A stretch of DNA of 64,000 nt, taken from the NCBI GenBank assembly GCA_964036045.1, contig OZ038379.1, positions 78,740,001 through 78,804,000 of the forward strand, written 5' to 3'. This document shows, piece by piece, positions 10,666 to 23,443 of this stretch. The stretch comes from Eutreptiella sp. 'Long Island Sound 2002'. Its lineage: Eukaryota > Protista > Euglenida. A model generated the notes under the pieces. That model was not told the DNA's origin and did no database searches. It worked only from the letters and a program-made list of their open reading frames with translations. Every line of letters starts with the position of its first letter. Within the stretch, counting starts at the first letter, position 1. The translations under genes were made by a program, and so were the position numbers.

Positions 10666-13600
10666 TATTGCATTAGCGGCGGTCAGACTACCGCACGACC
10701 GTCGCAAAAATTTTCGCGACCGCCGAACGACCACCGCAAGCTTTCCCCAGGTGGATCATATAAAGAACACCCACGAAGGGGTGGTGAACTTGCCCAAAAC
10801 AGCTCCAAAACTGTGCAACTGTCCTAGCCCCCAACGTTTCCCAACATTCGAAGCACAACATTAATTGTGATGTCTACGTGGGATGTTGGAAAGGGGAATG
10901 ATGCGGCTGCAGGCTAGCCGCATCATTGGGCAACATGGTGGGTCATGGACGGTGGCAACGACATGCACTCTCCTCGTGCAACGGATGCCACCGCCTCGCT
11001 CAATGACCAACTTCAAGCAATCAAGTCGGCCCTGGACATTATTGTTCCAGGTCATGGAGTGGCACTCTTTGTGTCCCATTTAATAGGTGATGGTAAAGGG
11101 ATGGCATCCATGAATCATGCAACTGACAAAAAGTGTTGGTGTTGGGTTCAGGCTTTATCATTGCAAACAGGTGTGCCCTTTATCCAACCCGTCCCCCAGT
11201 TTTGAGGGGCTCTATTTACAGCCCTTGCCCCAATGCGAAGCTCCAATGCTATGTCACCCCATTCGCATAGATTCTAGCAAAACACGGGGGCCACCTTGTG
11301 GTGCGTTGTTCGGGTGCGCTCTTTGCAAAGCAAAATTACAGAAACCAACTGAATCAAATGATACAGGTTGTTAGGTCAAAACCACGCATGCTTGCAATAC
11401 ATGGGAAAATGCCACACGCCACCCTTTTTGCACGGATTCACCCAACAGCCCAGGGGTCAGGATTGTGGTTTAACCCCTTGTCAAATCCTGGTTTTGTCTA
11501 ATAGCAGTAGCCCCCCATGAGTTCTGGTTGGGGGCCCTGAGACCCGCCCACTGAAAATCCACTTCTTAGTGGTGGCGGTGTCCGCACAAAGGGGGAGGGG
11601 GATACAATTCAGAAAAAAAAGACACCCTTTTGAAGCGCCAAAAATCACGAATCTTTTCGTCCTTCTGGATTTTGAGCCAAGAACCCCTTTGTGGGGTCCA
11701 AATCCATGGTCGTTCAAGCGTTTTTCGACGATTGTTGGGATGATAGCGTTTTTGGTGACACAGACCTCCTTAGAGGGGTCAAATTGGGGATGTTATGCAT
11801 GGTAAGATGCAAAAGGATGTTGTTTATCCTCGAGCATAGCCTTGGACCGAACATAGCCTGTTTGAAAGCGGTGAACTGTTTCCACTGAAAATGGCCTGAG
11901 TGGGTTGGCCGAAAAGTTGACTTTTTCTGGCAACCCCGCCTATGCGCCATGCTTGGGTCATTAATTCGTGACAATATGAGTTCATGCAAACCCATGTAGA
12001 GCTACATGGCACCAATTAGGCCCTTGTACTGGCTCCTGTTGTCCCCTAAAAAAGCGGTGTTCGGCCATTTTGCAATGCGATGGGAAAATTTGTTTAATCA
12101 CTGGGGCCACTCTGTGGTGCATCATTGGGGGGGCATTCCCTGAAAGGTGCACTTGCCAAATAAAATAGAATTTCCTTTTGTCTGCCTTGGGCACCTGTGG
12201 TTAAGTCGAGCCCAAGTTTAAGCCAGCTCTTTGATCTTTCATCCCAAACTTTAGCCAGAGGCCAGGGAGGGTGGTAAAGACCAAATTAATGTAGGCTAAG
12301 GTGAAGGGGCGGGGGCAGGGGTGGGATAACCTGGGACACAACAATGTTCCTGCTTTGTCCTACACACATGCTAGCAATAGGCCTGCTATTAAGTTGAGCT
12401 TCTGCTCATCGTCCTCAGCTCCAAATCTACCTCTGAGTCTAATTCTGATACAGCAATAAATCAAAATCAGCTTTTGATTGAGACATTGGAAATGGCCCCA
12501 GCATGGCCAAGGAAGGGGGACCTCTGTCTCGCCTTGCGCCGTACAGTACGCATGGGTGTGTTGTGGAGTGGCAGACTCTGACGACACAAGAACACTGGCA
12601 CACATGCACAGTCACGAGAAAAGAAAATGGGACCACGAAAGATCTTAGATCCTAAGGAAAGAAATACAGGGTGCTTGTCTGCCCCGTGCAATTCGGAAAA
12701 GCAACAGGAAGAGCTCACTGCTTCTGTGCCACCACTCCCCTCGGAGCAATTTTCAGGTCACCAAACCCGGGTGTTTGAAGCACACCTCAGTAGTTACTGG
12801 GCCCAAGCGGTCACTCAGGTGGTCACCTGCCGGCAAATGCTGATACTTCCTGCTGCAAAAAGAAAAGGCGAATAGCCAGGCAAGAGACACAGCAGGAGAA
12901 GGAGGGTGCTGGGATAGGCTCAGCAGCAATTCTCATACTTCCTTTCAAAGAGGGACGATTAAGGGGAGATGAGAGAACATGGGGACGGAACAGCTGTCCC
13001 TCCCATTTGCCCTTTTCTGCAATCTTTTTCCTTCTCCAATTACCCAGCCCCCCTGTAATACTTCTAAAGTGACAATGAATGGGAGACACCCATTTGGCCA
13101 CTCCCCTTTCATTGGTCCCGCTGCTGTGCACATTCGTTGTACCACCCCAAGTTCTGATGTAGTTAGGGTGACAGGAAACTGTACAGCAGTGGGTTCAATC
13201 CCCTTGACATCCCTTCAGATGGATCACATGATCCGTCTCCCAACAGTTAAGCATACCACACCCAGTACTGTCTCCACTTTCAGCTGCTTGTGGTCATCCT
13301 AGAGCCCACTTGAAGAGAGGAGGGTTGGTGGGCCTCCACATCCTTAACCTGCTGGAACTCCCGCACTCCACAACACCGACAGCACTGGATGTCCACGCAT
13401 AGTCCCACTTTTGCATGGCATTCTTTGGCCAAAGCTACCATGCCACAGCCTAGGAACCCCGGCCTGGACCCCTTCCCGCACAAGGAACCGCCCCTTTTTC
13501 CTGCCCACGAACCGTCCCAAGAACCCCTTCTTGGACCCCTTCCTATACAGGAACCCCCTTCTTGCTTCCTATATCACTTCCTGGCCTACTTCACCTTCAC

Positions 13601-14689
13601 ATTTTGTGTGCATCGTTCCTTAGGCCGACGTGGACATGTACTTGCGGCTGGTCCTTACGGTTGTTGACGAGGAGGAGAAGGCAAAGCCGCTACTTGCAGC
13701 GCCATCAGAGGCCGCGAGGATCATTGATGGGTGGCTGCCGGAGTTAGAGGAGCCACCAACATGGCCCTTGTCCATGACTCTATCCATCACAGACATGCAC
13801 AATCCAGTGGCCAATCATGGGGGCACGCTTTGGTACCGGGACTGTCGCCGAGCGTGCCACACGGGACGTTGGTCACCCCTCTGCTACTCCGGTTGCCGGC
13901 GGCATGCAACGACAATATGGCCGAGCTACCACGCAGGCATGCAGGACATGGGAAACAATACGTGGTCGCACAATACTTGTGCCTGATTGCTCACGCCAAG
14001 GCGAGCAATACGTGGCCTTTCTTGGTGTACAGCGACCGCACTGGCTTCAAGACTCTAAACAGTTTAGCAAGGCTAACGGGTTTGGATGCCGGCGCCCCCC
14101 CCTTGAGGTTCACAACATAGTTGACGGGTGAATCCAGAAGTACCGCAAGCGGCAACAACAGGGCCAATTGGGCAAGGACTCACATATCAAGAAAGAGCCA
14201 AGCAAAGAGCAAAGTACGCAACTAACCTGGGCGTCTAAGCGTGGGGAGCACATTCTGGCACAGTGGACGCCGGCACAGAAGCAGATAGACCCGAAGGCCA
14301 AGATGTTGTGCAACGGGATCTCGCGAGGCGTTCGAAACAACTGCAATGGTCTCCCAATTAGCACCTAAAGCTGAAGGACATGCTGCGCATGGCAGTGAAG
14401 GAGGTTGTACCTGATGTCCTTGATAGGGCCATGGCTTCCGAGAGCAAAGCACCGACGGAGTAGGCCATGGAACAGGCGAACAAGAGGGAGAGCAAAGCAC
14501 GGGAGATGGTCCTATAACACGAGGCAGCCAATTTTGGACTGCGAACACAAGTGTGTGAATTGCAAGGCTGGTTGTAGGTTGCAGGGCAAAAAGCGGGGCA
14601 AACAAATCTCAACAAGGTCAAGGTAGAGGCTCTCATGCCGGAGAAGGGACCGGGCATTGAGCACCTGTGGCCAGGGCAGCAACCCGGCC

Positions 14690-15060
14690 AAGTGATGATT
14701 TTTAGGAGCAGACGGGCTCCTTTCACCATCGCCAGCTCCATTCCGAGCCCCATCTCCTTCTACATCTCTAGCTCCATCCCCTGCCCCATCACCATCCAAA
14801 TCCCTAGCTCCGTCCCAAGCCGATCACCGTCTTCATGTCCAGCTCCATCCCCAACCCCATTACCAATGCAATCTCCATCTCCATCTCCATCTCCACCCAC
14901 AGCCCCAACTTGATGTCCTTCGATACCTCTATGTCCAGCCCCCCACCCCCCTGGGGCCACCAGCTCCATCCCCAACACCATCTGCATCTCCATGACCACC
15001 TCGACCCACAAACCCGAATCGATGTCCTTCGACACCTCCATGCCTCCCCCCACCCGGCGC
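14690..15060. repeat. Low-complexity CCATCT/CCAGCT-rich repeat (GDG/MEM-type on the minus strand) with a short internal duplication
   Basis: ccatctccatctcc... runs; gatgtccttcga(t/c)acctc occurs twice (~14912 and ~15021). Confidence 0.7.
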
Positions 15061-15424
15061 GCTGCTCTAATTCCTCACTACCCCACTGCCCCACTGCGTT
15101 CGTTGTGTCCTGAATGGTGGACACGTTGGCACTGACACCCCATGTGTGTCATGGCAAATTTGAATGGTGGGGTGGGGGATGTCCCTTACTTTGCGCCAGG
15201 CCAGGAAGTGGTCCACGAACCTTCCTACCCACGAACTAACCCAAAAACCCCTTCCTAGACCCCTTCTTGCACAGGAAAACCCCCCCTTCGTTGGAAGTGG
15301 GGGTTCCCAAATACTTCCTATGAACATCCTACCTCTGAACGTGTCGGCAAGGTTTATTTTGCGCAATGCAAAAGGCAGATGCCACTTTTGTGGGCAATGT
15401 CTACTGTGTGTCCACGGGTGGTTA

Positions 15425-15610
15425 GAGGAGAACAAACAACGTGCGGGGCAAGTTGGTGGTGTTGTGGCGCCGAAGGAGGACAAGCAACGGGCGGGGCAAG
15501 CGGGTTGGAAGGAGAGCCAACAGCAGGCAGAGCAAGCGGGTTCAGAGGAGGACAATCAGCAGGTGGTGCAACCGGGTTCCAACGAGGACAAGCAACCGGC
15601 AGGGGAAGCT
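15425..15610 (+). repeat. Degenerate ~36-bp repeats reading EEDKQxAGQAG in a protein-like fragment
   Basis: ORF 15164-15700 contains EENKQRAGQVG, KEDKQRAGQAG, EEDNQQVVQPG and NEDKQPAGEAG. Confidence 0.55.
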
Positions 15611-16299
15611 GGCCCTTTGTTGTGCTTTCAATTGTTTACACTCAACTTTGTCAAGCCAATCAACACAACTCTGCCAACACATATGGGAGATGGCCGATGA
15701 GATTGAACCTCCTGGATCAGTTGTGCATGAAGAAGAAGAAGCTATGCTACAATCCACTATGCGCCCATCACCTGATGAGTGTACAGGTGCAAAGGTGGGG
15801 ACATCGCTAGCTTCCAATGTGAGAGGGTTTTGGGAGCAAACTGGGATGGGTAGATTCCCGGTTCAACCTGGAGGTGTGTTGAGAATTGTGACTCTTTAAA
15901 GGCCTTGGTGCAAGTTATCGTTGATAAAAAGGTGGAGACAGGTGGGCAAGCCTGGGCAAGCCAGGGGGGAGGTTCCTGGGCAGGAAGGAGGGTTCCTGCC
16001 CTACATACACATGACATCTTGAGTCCAAAATGCATGGTTGCAACCCTACAACTTCTGCCAAACGGCCCCATGCCATCATAGTCCATTGCCCACCAACCAT
16101 ACGACGAGAGTTGCCACTCGGATCAATCACACTTCCAAACCCAGGGCAAGGGGGCACAGAACTTGGATCAGCGGCTTCTGTATTCCCAGGCTCTCTTGCT
16201 GCATCAACCTCAACATTGCACTTGCTGACTCGAGGCCATTGTGATGGCAGCAAAGGACTTCTACACCACCACCAGAGCACTTCTCACTTGTGGGCTTCC

Positions 16300-17450
16300 A
16301 GCACCATCAGAGGACTCCACAACTCACTATGCTGATGTGTGCCCACAATGGAGGCGTGATGGGGTGGGTGGTGGCGTAGGACATTTTGTGTGCCCATAGC
16401 CCACAACAGCCCATGATACAATGCGACCCTGGTTGCACAATCAATGGCAGACCACCTCCTTCGTGGATGACCATGGAGAAAGGAACCCACAAAGAACCCC
16501 TCTTCATTGGCATGTGATAGAGGACCCAAGGGGGAGGGAAGGCGCGAGCAGACATGGCAACGAACTTTGCACATACATCATCATTGAGGATGTCCATTAA
16601 GATGGCCCAAAATAGCGATAGGGCGACACCATCCGCAAGTAGTGAGGCTGGGAGAAGCATCAATCAAGAAATTGGAATACAGGTGTGATGCTCCCGGTGT
16701 ACCCCTACATCATCATGTATAAGCTCTTGCCCACGATTCCTTCCAGTGTCGCCTTCACGCGATTTACCTTGGCAGTCAAGCACGGCAGAGATGTGGTCCT
16801 CCCCTTCGGGATGCCGTAACAAGTCCTCCGGCTTCCCCGCCACCATCTTGCGGTTGGGCGGGTCCTCCGTTCCGGCAGCACTTGGGCGGTTGTGATTGAA
16901 AATGCGGGCCCAACAGTCCCCTACGATCTCCAATGCCTCATTGTGGGTGTCTCTACCTCATGTGGTGCCCAAAAATTGCGCCGGAAGAGGTGTTGCATGG
17001 TTAAAAGCCGGCCGGAGTCGATGTTCAGACTTGAGGGACTGTTTGCCGTAAGCTCCAAGAGCAGGACGTCGTGCGCCACGCAGAGCTGGGTAGAAGTGAC
17101 GGGGAGGGCTAGCACCCCATTGGCCCCATAGGCACTTGGTGCCTTCAACCCGGGGCCGTCGCCGTCCCACTCCCATTGTGAGCGACTAGGAAGGGAATAG
17201 ATATGGAGGATCTGTTCCCTTGATTGGCGAGGGTTGAAGAAGAACAACTTCCTCTTCGCCACGTCCTTGTACCAACCCTCCTTGTTGAAAGTGGCGGGTT
17301 TGGGGTCGGTGGAGCCGAAGCAGAGGCTGGTGGGGGGGGTCGGCATCCATGGGGTGGGCGGCCATGTAGTGGGTGTGGATGCGGGAATGGTCGCTGGGCA
17401 TGCGGGTGGCTAGAGAGTCAACAAAGGAGCCATAGTCCCCTAGTGTGGGC
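16300..17450 (-). pseudogene. Possible highly decayed non-LTR RT remnant
   Basis: Collinear protein-like fragments with weak RT-like order: LCVAHDVLLL (resembles xADDxLL), SLNIDS, and LWVPFS..HEGGG (resembles LPxxxGGxG). Weak. Confidence 0.3.
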
Positions 17451-17987
17451 TGCACGTGGAAAGCGGTGATGTTGGGGCTGCGGCGCACCTTCTCCGCAAT
17501 CACGTCCGTCCACACACAGGGGTCCTTATCACAAAGCATGGACTTGGTGATGCGCACCCAGTCAATAGTCGTGCCTGGGGGCGAAGTCACAGCGGTGAGG
17601 CAGCCAATTCTGATTTTGTCCCCTTCTGCTGGGGATCCCCGAGAATGCAGGGGTGATGTAGCCTTTTTGCCTCTACCAACAGCAACAGCTCCTCCTCGTC
17701 GTCCTCCTCGTCCTCCTCGTCCTCCTCTTCCTGTACAACTCCCCTGATGCCACCAACAACATCTCATACTCCACCCATGCCACCCTCTGAATCGGAGGCC
17801 ACTACGGAGGGGGATTGTCGGACACGGCCGTTGAAGTCCGCTGGGAAGCACGCAAGAGACAAGACGCGTCTGGACGCACTTCTCGAGGCCAAAAAGAAGA
17901 GCCTGTCCGGCAAGCGTAGTGCACATGTTGCAAACCTCCCCCCTCTCTTCCAAAGGTTTCGAAACATACATGAACTCCTTCTTTACA

Positions 17988-18330
17988 ACAAGCATGGTTC
18001 AGCCTGGGTGGTGTGTCACCTGCAACAGTGGCCCAGAATGGACTCCGGGGTGCTATGCCCTCAAACACAAGTACCACCTACCACCCCCCCCCCCCCCCTG
18101 TTGCAATTTTTTTTTGCCCACATGCATACCGCAAAAATGTTGAGCGCAATGATGGGGTCATTTTAAGCTGTATATGTTGGGGTCAAGGTGCCCCCCTCCC
18201 TTTCAGCTGGCCCCAAACCCCCCCCCCCCCAAACCCAACCCCCCCCGCGCCCTAAAATTGGCTGGAAAGTGGGAGGGAGTCGGCATATGGCCCGATGCTA
18301 CGCCCCCCCCGGGATGCACCAAAGAAGTGC
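17988..18330 (+). repeat. Copy of a dispersed ~330-bp repeat; inverted homolog at 24080-24430
   Basis: Shared segments caacagtggcc..gaatggactc, aaacacaagtaccacctacc and ggctggaaagtgggagggagtcggc occur as the reverse complement at ~24090-24420; a shorter piece is at ~36270-36320. Confidence 0.85.
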
Positions 18331-19044
18331 CTGGCATTCAAATGCCTGCGGGGCCACTGATGGATTCCAGAGCTTTATAGTGTACAGGGAGCAAATATCT
18401 GAGAAGGGTTGGGCCAAAGGGTCCACTGCTTCTCAAACACTGTGCAAGTTTGGGGAAATTGATAGCATTTTGTCCGACATGTTAGAACCCTGTCGTTTGC
18501 ATCTTGTCGTAGTTCGTCTTGGCCAAAGAATGATGTTTCTCCACCTGCACAATACACAATCGACTTAATTAGATGCTCAATCGGTCTCGAATTAGTCTAC
18601 TGTGTGGCATGCACTAGTGTGCAATCAAATCATTCCACATTGCACTCTGCCCCAATCCAGTCCAACATCTTATGAATGGTGGAATACCCGCATCTGGTGT
18701 GAAAGTGAGTTTTGCCTTGAGGGTGTAAAATTCCAACCCTACTTGGGGGTGGAATGATCGAAGATAGTATCAGAGGATCCCCAATCACCTCACACATCAA
18801 AGCCATGCACGTCCCCATATATGGGAAAACACCGCCCCTTGTGCCTAAGAAAATGGAAGTGCAACAAATTGAATTGTGTTTTGAGGTGTGTCATAGCATT
18901 AGCATGAAGCAGTGAATTAGTGCATCACACCGCAAGTTTTAGGTTGGTCTTTGTCCACGCCTTATATTGCGTGCAAGACAGCTACCAGGAGATTGAATGG
19001 TTTTGGCATTACACGCGTAAAAACCGCAATGTCAGTGCACGCTC

Positions 19045-20540
19045 TCAGCCAACCTCCCCCCATTTGAAACCCCATTTGTCGGGTGGTTGGGGGTTCAAAA
19101 AATGACCCCTCCTTTTTTGGTCAAAATTCACAATTGCTTTTTTCCCTATTTTGAGCCGAAAAAGTGTTTTCAGGTCCCAACTCCATGGGTTTTTTGTGGG
19201 CGGAGTGGGACGAGCACATATGTGGCTCATGCCGTTTTCGATTATTTTGGTTACCTAGTCATTTTGGGTGATTTTACTGACTCCGTGGTGCCCACTCCTA
19301 GGGGTGCAACTAGGGACCTCGTAACAGTACCGACACACTAGGATACAAAAAGACGTTTTCTGCAACCTCTAGCCTTGCTTGAGGTCTTTCATGGCCCATG
19401 TGAGAGTTGCAAAATGAGTGGTTCCACTAAAATTGGCCGACATATGGTGGCTAAAAATTTTGTTTTTTCCGACAACCCTTGGCAGTCCCCAAGCACATTT
19501 GGGTCGTTGTTGAGTGATCATTTGGTGACAATGGGAGCACGTGTAAACCCAGGGGGGGCTATGTGGGCTTCTTGGCCCCCAAAGGCTTCATTTTGGGCTA
19601 GTTTCATAGCACTATCAAAGGTTGGTTGGCCTATTGCCCCCATTTTGCGTGGATTCAGATGCAAGTCCCATTCCACTTTTTTCTTCTACATGGACCCCCT
19701 AACCAATGATGAGGGTGCTATCTCTAGTTTTCCTAAATTGGCCCCCCTGTGGGGACCCAACGGTGAGGATGTGGCCGTTTGCACGCCGTCATGGGTTGGC
19801 CAAAAAGGCGAGATTCTTGGGGGAACCTCTAACAACCCTAATGGCCCCTGTGGGGATTATCGAGTGATCATTTAGTGACAATTGGGGTCCATACCAATTT
19901 GTGGAGAGGCATGTTGCAACATTGAGGCCTGTCTATTGTGTATTGTTGGTTTTTACACACACCCTTTTGGGTTGTTTAAGTGGGTAGTTGTTGATGATCA
20001 TAGATGATCCCAAACCCGGATCTATGGTTCAAACCCCGTACTTCATTTGCACAATTTCTGCCCCCGTAGTAGAATGCCCGGTGCTTTTTGAATGATACAC
20101 CACGATTGGTGAGTTTACCACACGCGGGCGCGTTGTGTTGAGACATGTGCGAGACATTCTCCCCCGCCTCCTACAATGTGCAACCTTAGAACAATGCCTA
20201 AGTTTCGCCAGTGACAACACTGAAATGTTGCACAAACCATGTTAGCACCAAATTGTTTTTCAGCCAGCACTAACGTCATGATGATCACCAATTGACATGT
20301 TTTCAAACACACCATTTGCAAATTCAAGATCTTCGGGTGGTGCAATCTTCAAAAGTGCAATGTTGGCATATTCTAGATTGATCACTATTAAAACACGGAG
20401 CCACTTCACCAATGGATCCCGGCTCACAAATGGTATACGGGTGGGTGGAAAGTGGGGTTTTGGAGGCTGAAAAATGGGGTACAAGAGGTTGGAAAATGGG
20501 GTATTGAGAGACTAGAAAATGGGGCACAGGAGGCTGCAAG
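19045..20540. mobile_element. Possible non-autonomous DNA element with CAGCC ends and CCCCATTT/AAATGGGG subterminal repeats
   Basis: Left: cagccaacctccccccattt..ccccattt. Right: aaatgggg x3 then caggaggctg. No TSD found. Confidence 0.4.
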
Positions 20541-22799
20541 ATGGATTACGTAAAAAAACTACCAAAATGCACATACTAGAATCGTTCTCCGTTGGCCTTG
20601 TATGACATCTGAGGCAAACCAACGCATGAGACAACCAACATCTGTGACACCCAGGGGGAGGGGTGGCGGTGGTGTTGGTGCTTTGTGCTCTTAATTTTCC
20701 TACTCACTCCTGCAGTAAATTTCTTCGACAATCCGAACCTTTGGATTCAAATGGGACACATTTTGGATGGAGGGCTCAGCATGATAAATGCCCGCACGCT
20801 GCCCCCAACTGTACTGCGGAGCCTCCACTTGAACTCTGGCACACAGATTGCTCAATTGAATCCCTGTTTTACCCCAAAGGCTACACAAAACAGGAGCTTC
20901 CTGGGGAGAGGGGTGTGGTACTATGTTTGCAAATGCGCAAAAACACATTCATGTAAAGCATACATGCCCGTAAACAACGTGTACCATGTTGTCTAGGCAT
21001 GTATGTGTGCGGATAGGTGCAGATATGCATGTATGGACCATTCCAGTGCCTTTGTGGCGAAGGCCCCATGCTTGATCCCCCTCCAATCCCCACAAGCGCC
21101 ATTCATGCAACTAGGCATTGGTAAGATGTGGAGGCACATGCATGGGAAACATCAACCATCACCTCAAACTTGGAGGACTGGAGCACGACTTGGCACTTGT
21201 GAGGCTGGGCTGCGTCTAGTGTGGTTCCGTTCAGGCAACTGGGGGGTATCTGCACCAAGAGAAGGCTTTCGTTGGGTGAAGTTAGCAGAGGCACGAATCA
21301 CCCCAGACACATGACCAAGAAGAGAAGCCCTTGGGTGGGTGGGGGAGGGAGGTGGTGTGTGAAACAACAAGGGTGAAGGAATTTGCAAATGAAGGCAAAT
21401 GTGGATTGGTTCATTAGTGCTGTTGTTCATGGTGCAAAGCCTTAACCCAGAGATATGGCATGTGGGCCGCTCTGCATTGTGGGTGAGTGCCAAGGGTTTT
21501 GGACTACACCTTACCAGATGGTACTCAAGAAAGCTCTCTAAACCAAGAATTTGAGCTGTCCAATGCCCCCAAAATAAGTGCGCAACCATTTTGGCCTTTG
21601 TATTTTTGTCACTGTATCCAAATTGTGGCAGTGGAAGTTACACAAAAGGAATTTACAGAGTGAGAGTGGAAGAGTGATACCACGGCGACTCCAAAATGGA
21701 AATTGGTACATGTACTCAGCTAGTGCTTCCAAAGGGACCTTGTGGACCCACCAACCAACACCAATGCTGTGGCAATACCGAACAATGAATTGGTGCCCAC
21801 AAAATCACCTGGAGGAGAGGTTGTTATGGGGTGTTGTGAAGGAAAGGTGGCCTGGGAACCCGCCCCCCCCCAAAAAAATGAAGTGTCGGTGCCAGCCTAA
21901 ACCCTAAGAGAACGCTTTCTGCGCGCCGCAAGGTTTGAGAAACCTGTTTTATTGCAGCTGGTTCCGGAAACAAACCAAATAACTGAGAAATAGCTCAATG
22001 TGGGTGGCGGTGGCCCGCACCAGGGGCCCCTTGTCCCCGGGCTGACGATTGCATTTAACAAGTGTCCCCCACTACCGGGGAGAAATCAATGGCTCCCCAT
22101 GCTCAGCAGGGTGACAAAATCAGAAATGGCCCACATGTGCATACAGTGGCTACCTAACCCCTGACCCCGGGTTGACACCCCGTAACATAACCCATGCCTT
22201 CTCAAGGTCCCCATAGTAGGGAGAGATCAATATGGCTACATAAAAGGGCCATACTATATGGTAAAACCTGGCCCCATGCCCCCCGGGGAGCACAACAAGG
22301 TGGAATCTATAAAGCCCCACAAATTAGGCAAGTTTCCCAAAATGCGCGCCGCAGGGCGCGCCACAATCGCCGCAGGAAAAGACTTCTCTAAAGTAACGGA
22401 CCACAATTATGGGGGGTGTTTCTGGGTTGAAAATAAGTGTTTCATAACTATAACTAGCCCGGGGGGGGGGGGAGGGGGTCAATTTTTTTGGCAGGAAACC
22501 CCCTAGGAACCCCTTCCTCAACCCTTCCTAGACCCTTCCTAGACCCCTTCCCGGTAGGAAAATACCTCCCTAGACCCTTCCTAGACCCCTTGCTGGCCAG
22601 TAAAGTCCCCCTTCCTGCCCACGAACCTTGCTTCCTACGACCCTTCATGTGCCTGTAAGGTGTTTCCGCCATGTCGGACTGCCCTTACACCCTGGGTTGG
22701 GTCAAAGCTGCGGTAGGCCCCACAGGCACACGTGGTTCCTCCCTTTTGGAGGGTCAAACATTCCACAACACCGCCATAGCACCAACTCCCTGCCTTCTT

Positions 22800-23370
22800 A
22801 GGGGCCCAAACGTGGGCGGAAATGCTACATCACCCCTGCATTCTCGGGGGTCCCCAACAAAGGGGACAATATCAGAATTGGCTGCCTCACCCATGCCTTC
22901 GTAGGGGCCCAAACGTGGGCGGAAATGCCACATCACCCCTGCATTCTCCCCAACAAAGGGGACAAAGCCAAAGCACAAAAAAAACCAAAATTTTTTTTTC
23001 CATTGTGTCCGTGATCCTGCCAAGGGTCCTGCAGATTGCCCCCACTGGGGATTGAACCCATGACCTTTCAGTTGCAGAGGCACTGCTTTACCCACTAGGG
23101 TATGGGCCATCTCTGACACACCTCTGCACAGGGGTGGTATTGATATTTGGTCCAATTTGGTTTTCATCCATTGTTGGGTTCTCCTAAAAAAAACTGAGTA
23201 TTTTGAGTACAGACACATGGGGTGAAAACCCATTATTACCCTCTACTAGATCAAGCAAAATTTCCTTAGGGCACCTTCGGCGCCCATGGTCCAGCACTTC
23301 CCAGCCAAATTCCGGCAGTGAGAGGGGGGGGGGGGAGTCGGCGTAAAGGGTCCCGTCCCGGCGCCCCCCC
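22800..23370. repeat. ~570-bp segment directly repeated at 24430-25030; contains tandem ~90-105-bp subrepeats and a tRNA-like sequence
   Basis: gtgggcggaaatgc(t/c)acatcacccctgcattct occurs twice per copy; the tail ggagtcggcgtaaagggtcccgtcccggcg is shared; fragments also at ~17600 (inverted) and ~53165. Confidence 0.88.
23037..23108 (-). pseudogene. tRNA-derived sequence, Cys(GCA)-like; probably not a functional tRNA
   Basis: Minus strand GGCCCATACCCTAGTGGGTAAAGC...CTGCAAC...GGTCATGGGTTCAATCCCCAGTGGGGGCA: A-box-like and B-box (GGTTCAATCC) motifs, CT-GCA-A loop; stems are imperfect. Confidence 0.7.
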
Positions 23371-23443
23371 CCCCCATGGGTGCATCCTCATATTGAACAC
23401 CTGAAGGGGACTCTGGAGCATACTTGTGGCAACATGCACCACC

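Noticed and set aside
9933-10864. YCTVL-rich ORFs; likewise the MGTYGDLWGP ORFs at 26170-26945 and 29163-29415
   Set aside because: Translations of micro- and minisatellites.
13630-14120. Second RAG-like transposase fragment (LSI..NHG..ATTIW resemblance)
   Set aside because: Only scattered short matches; no catalytic Asp motifs in register.
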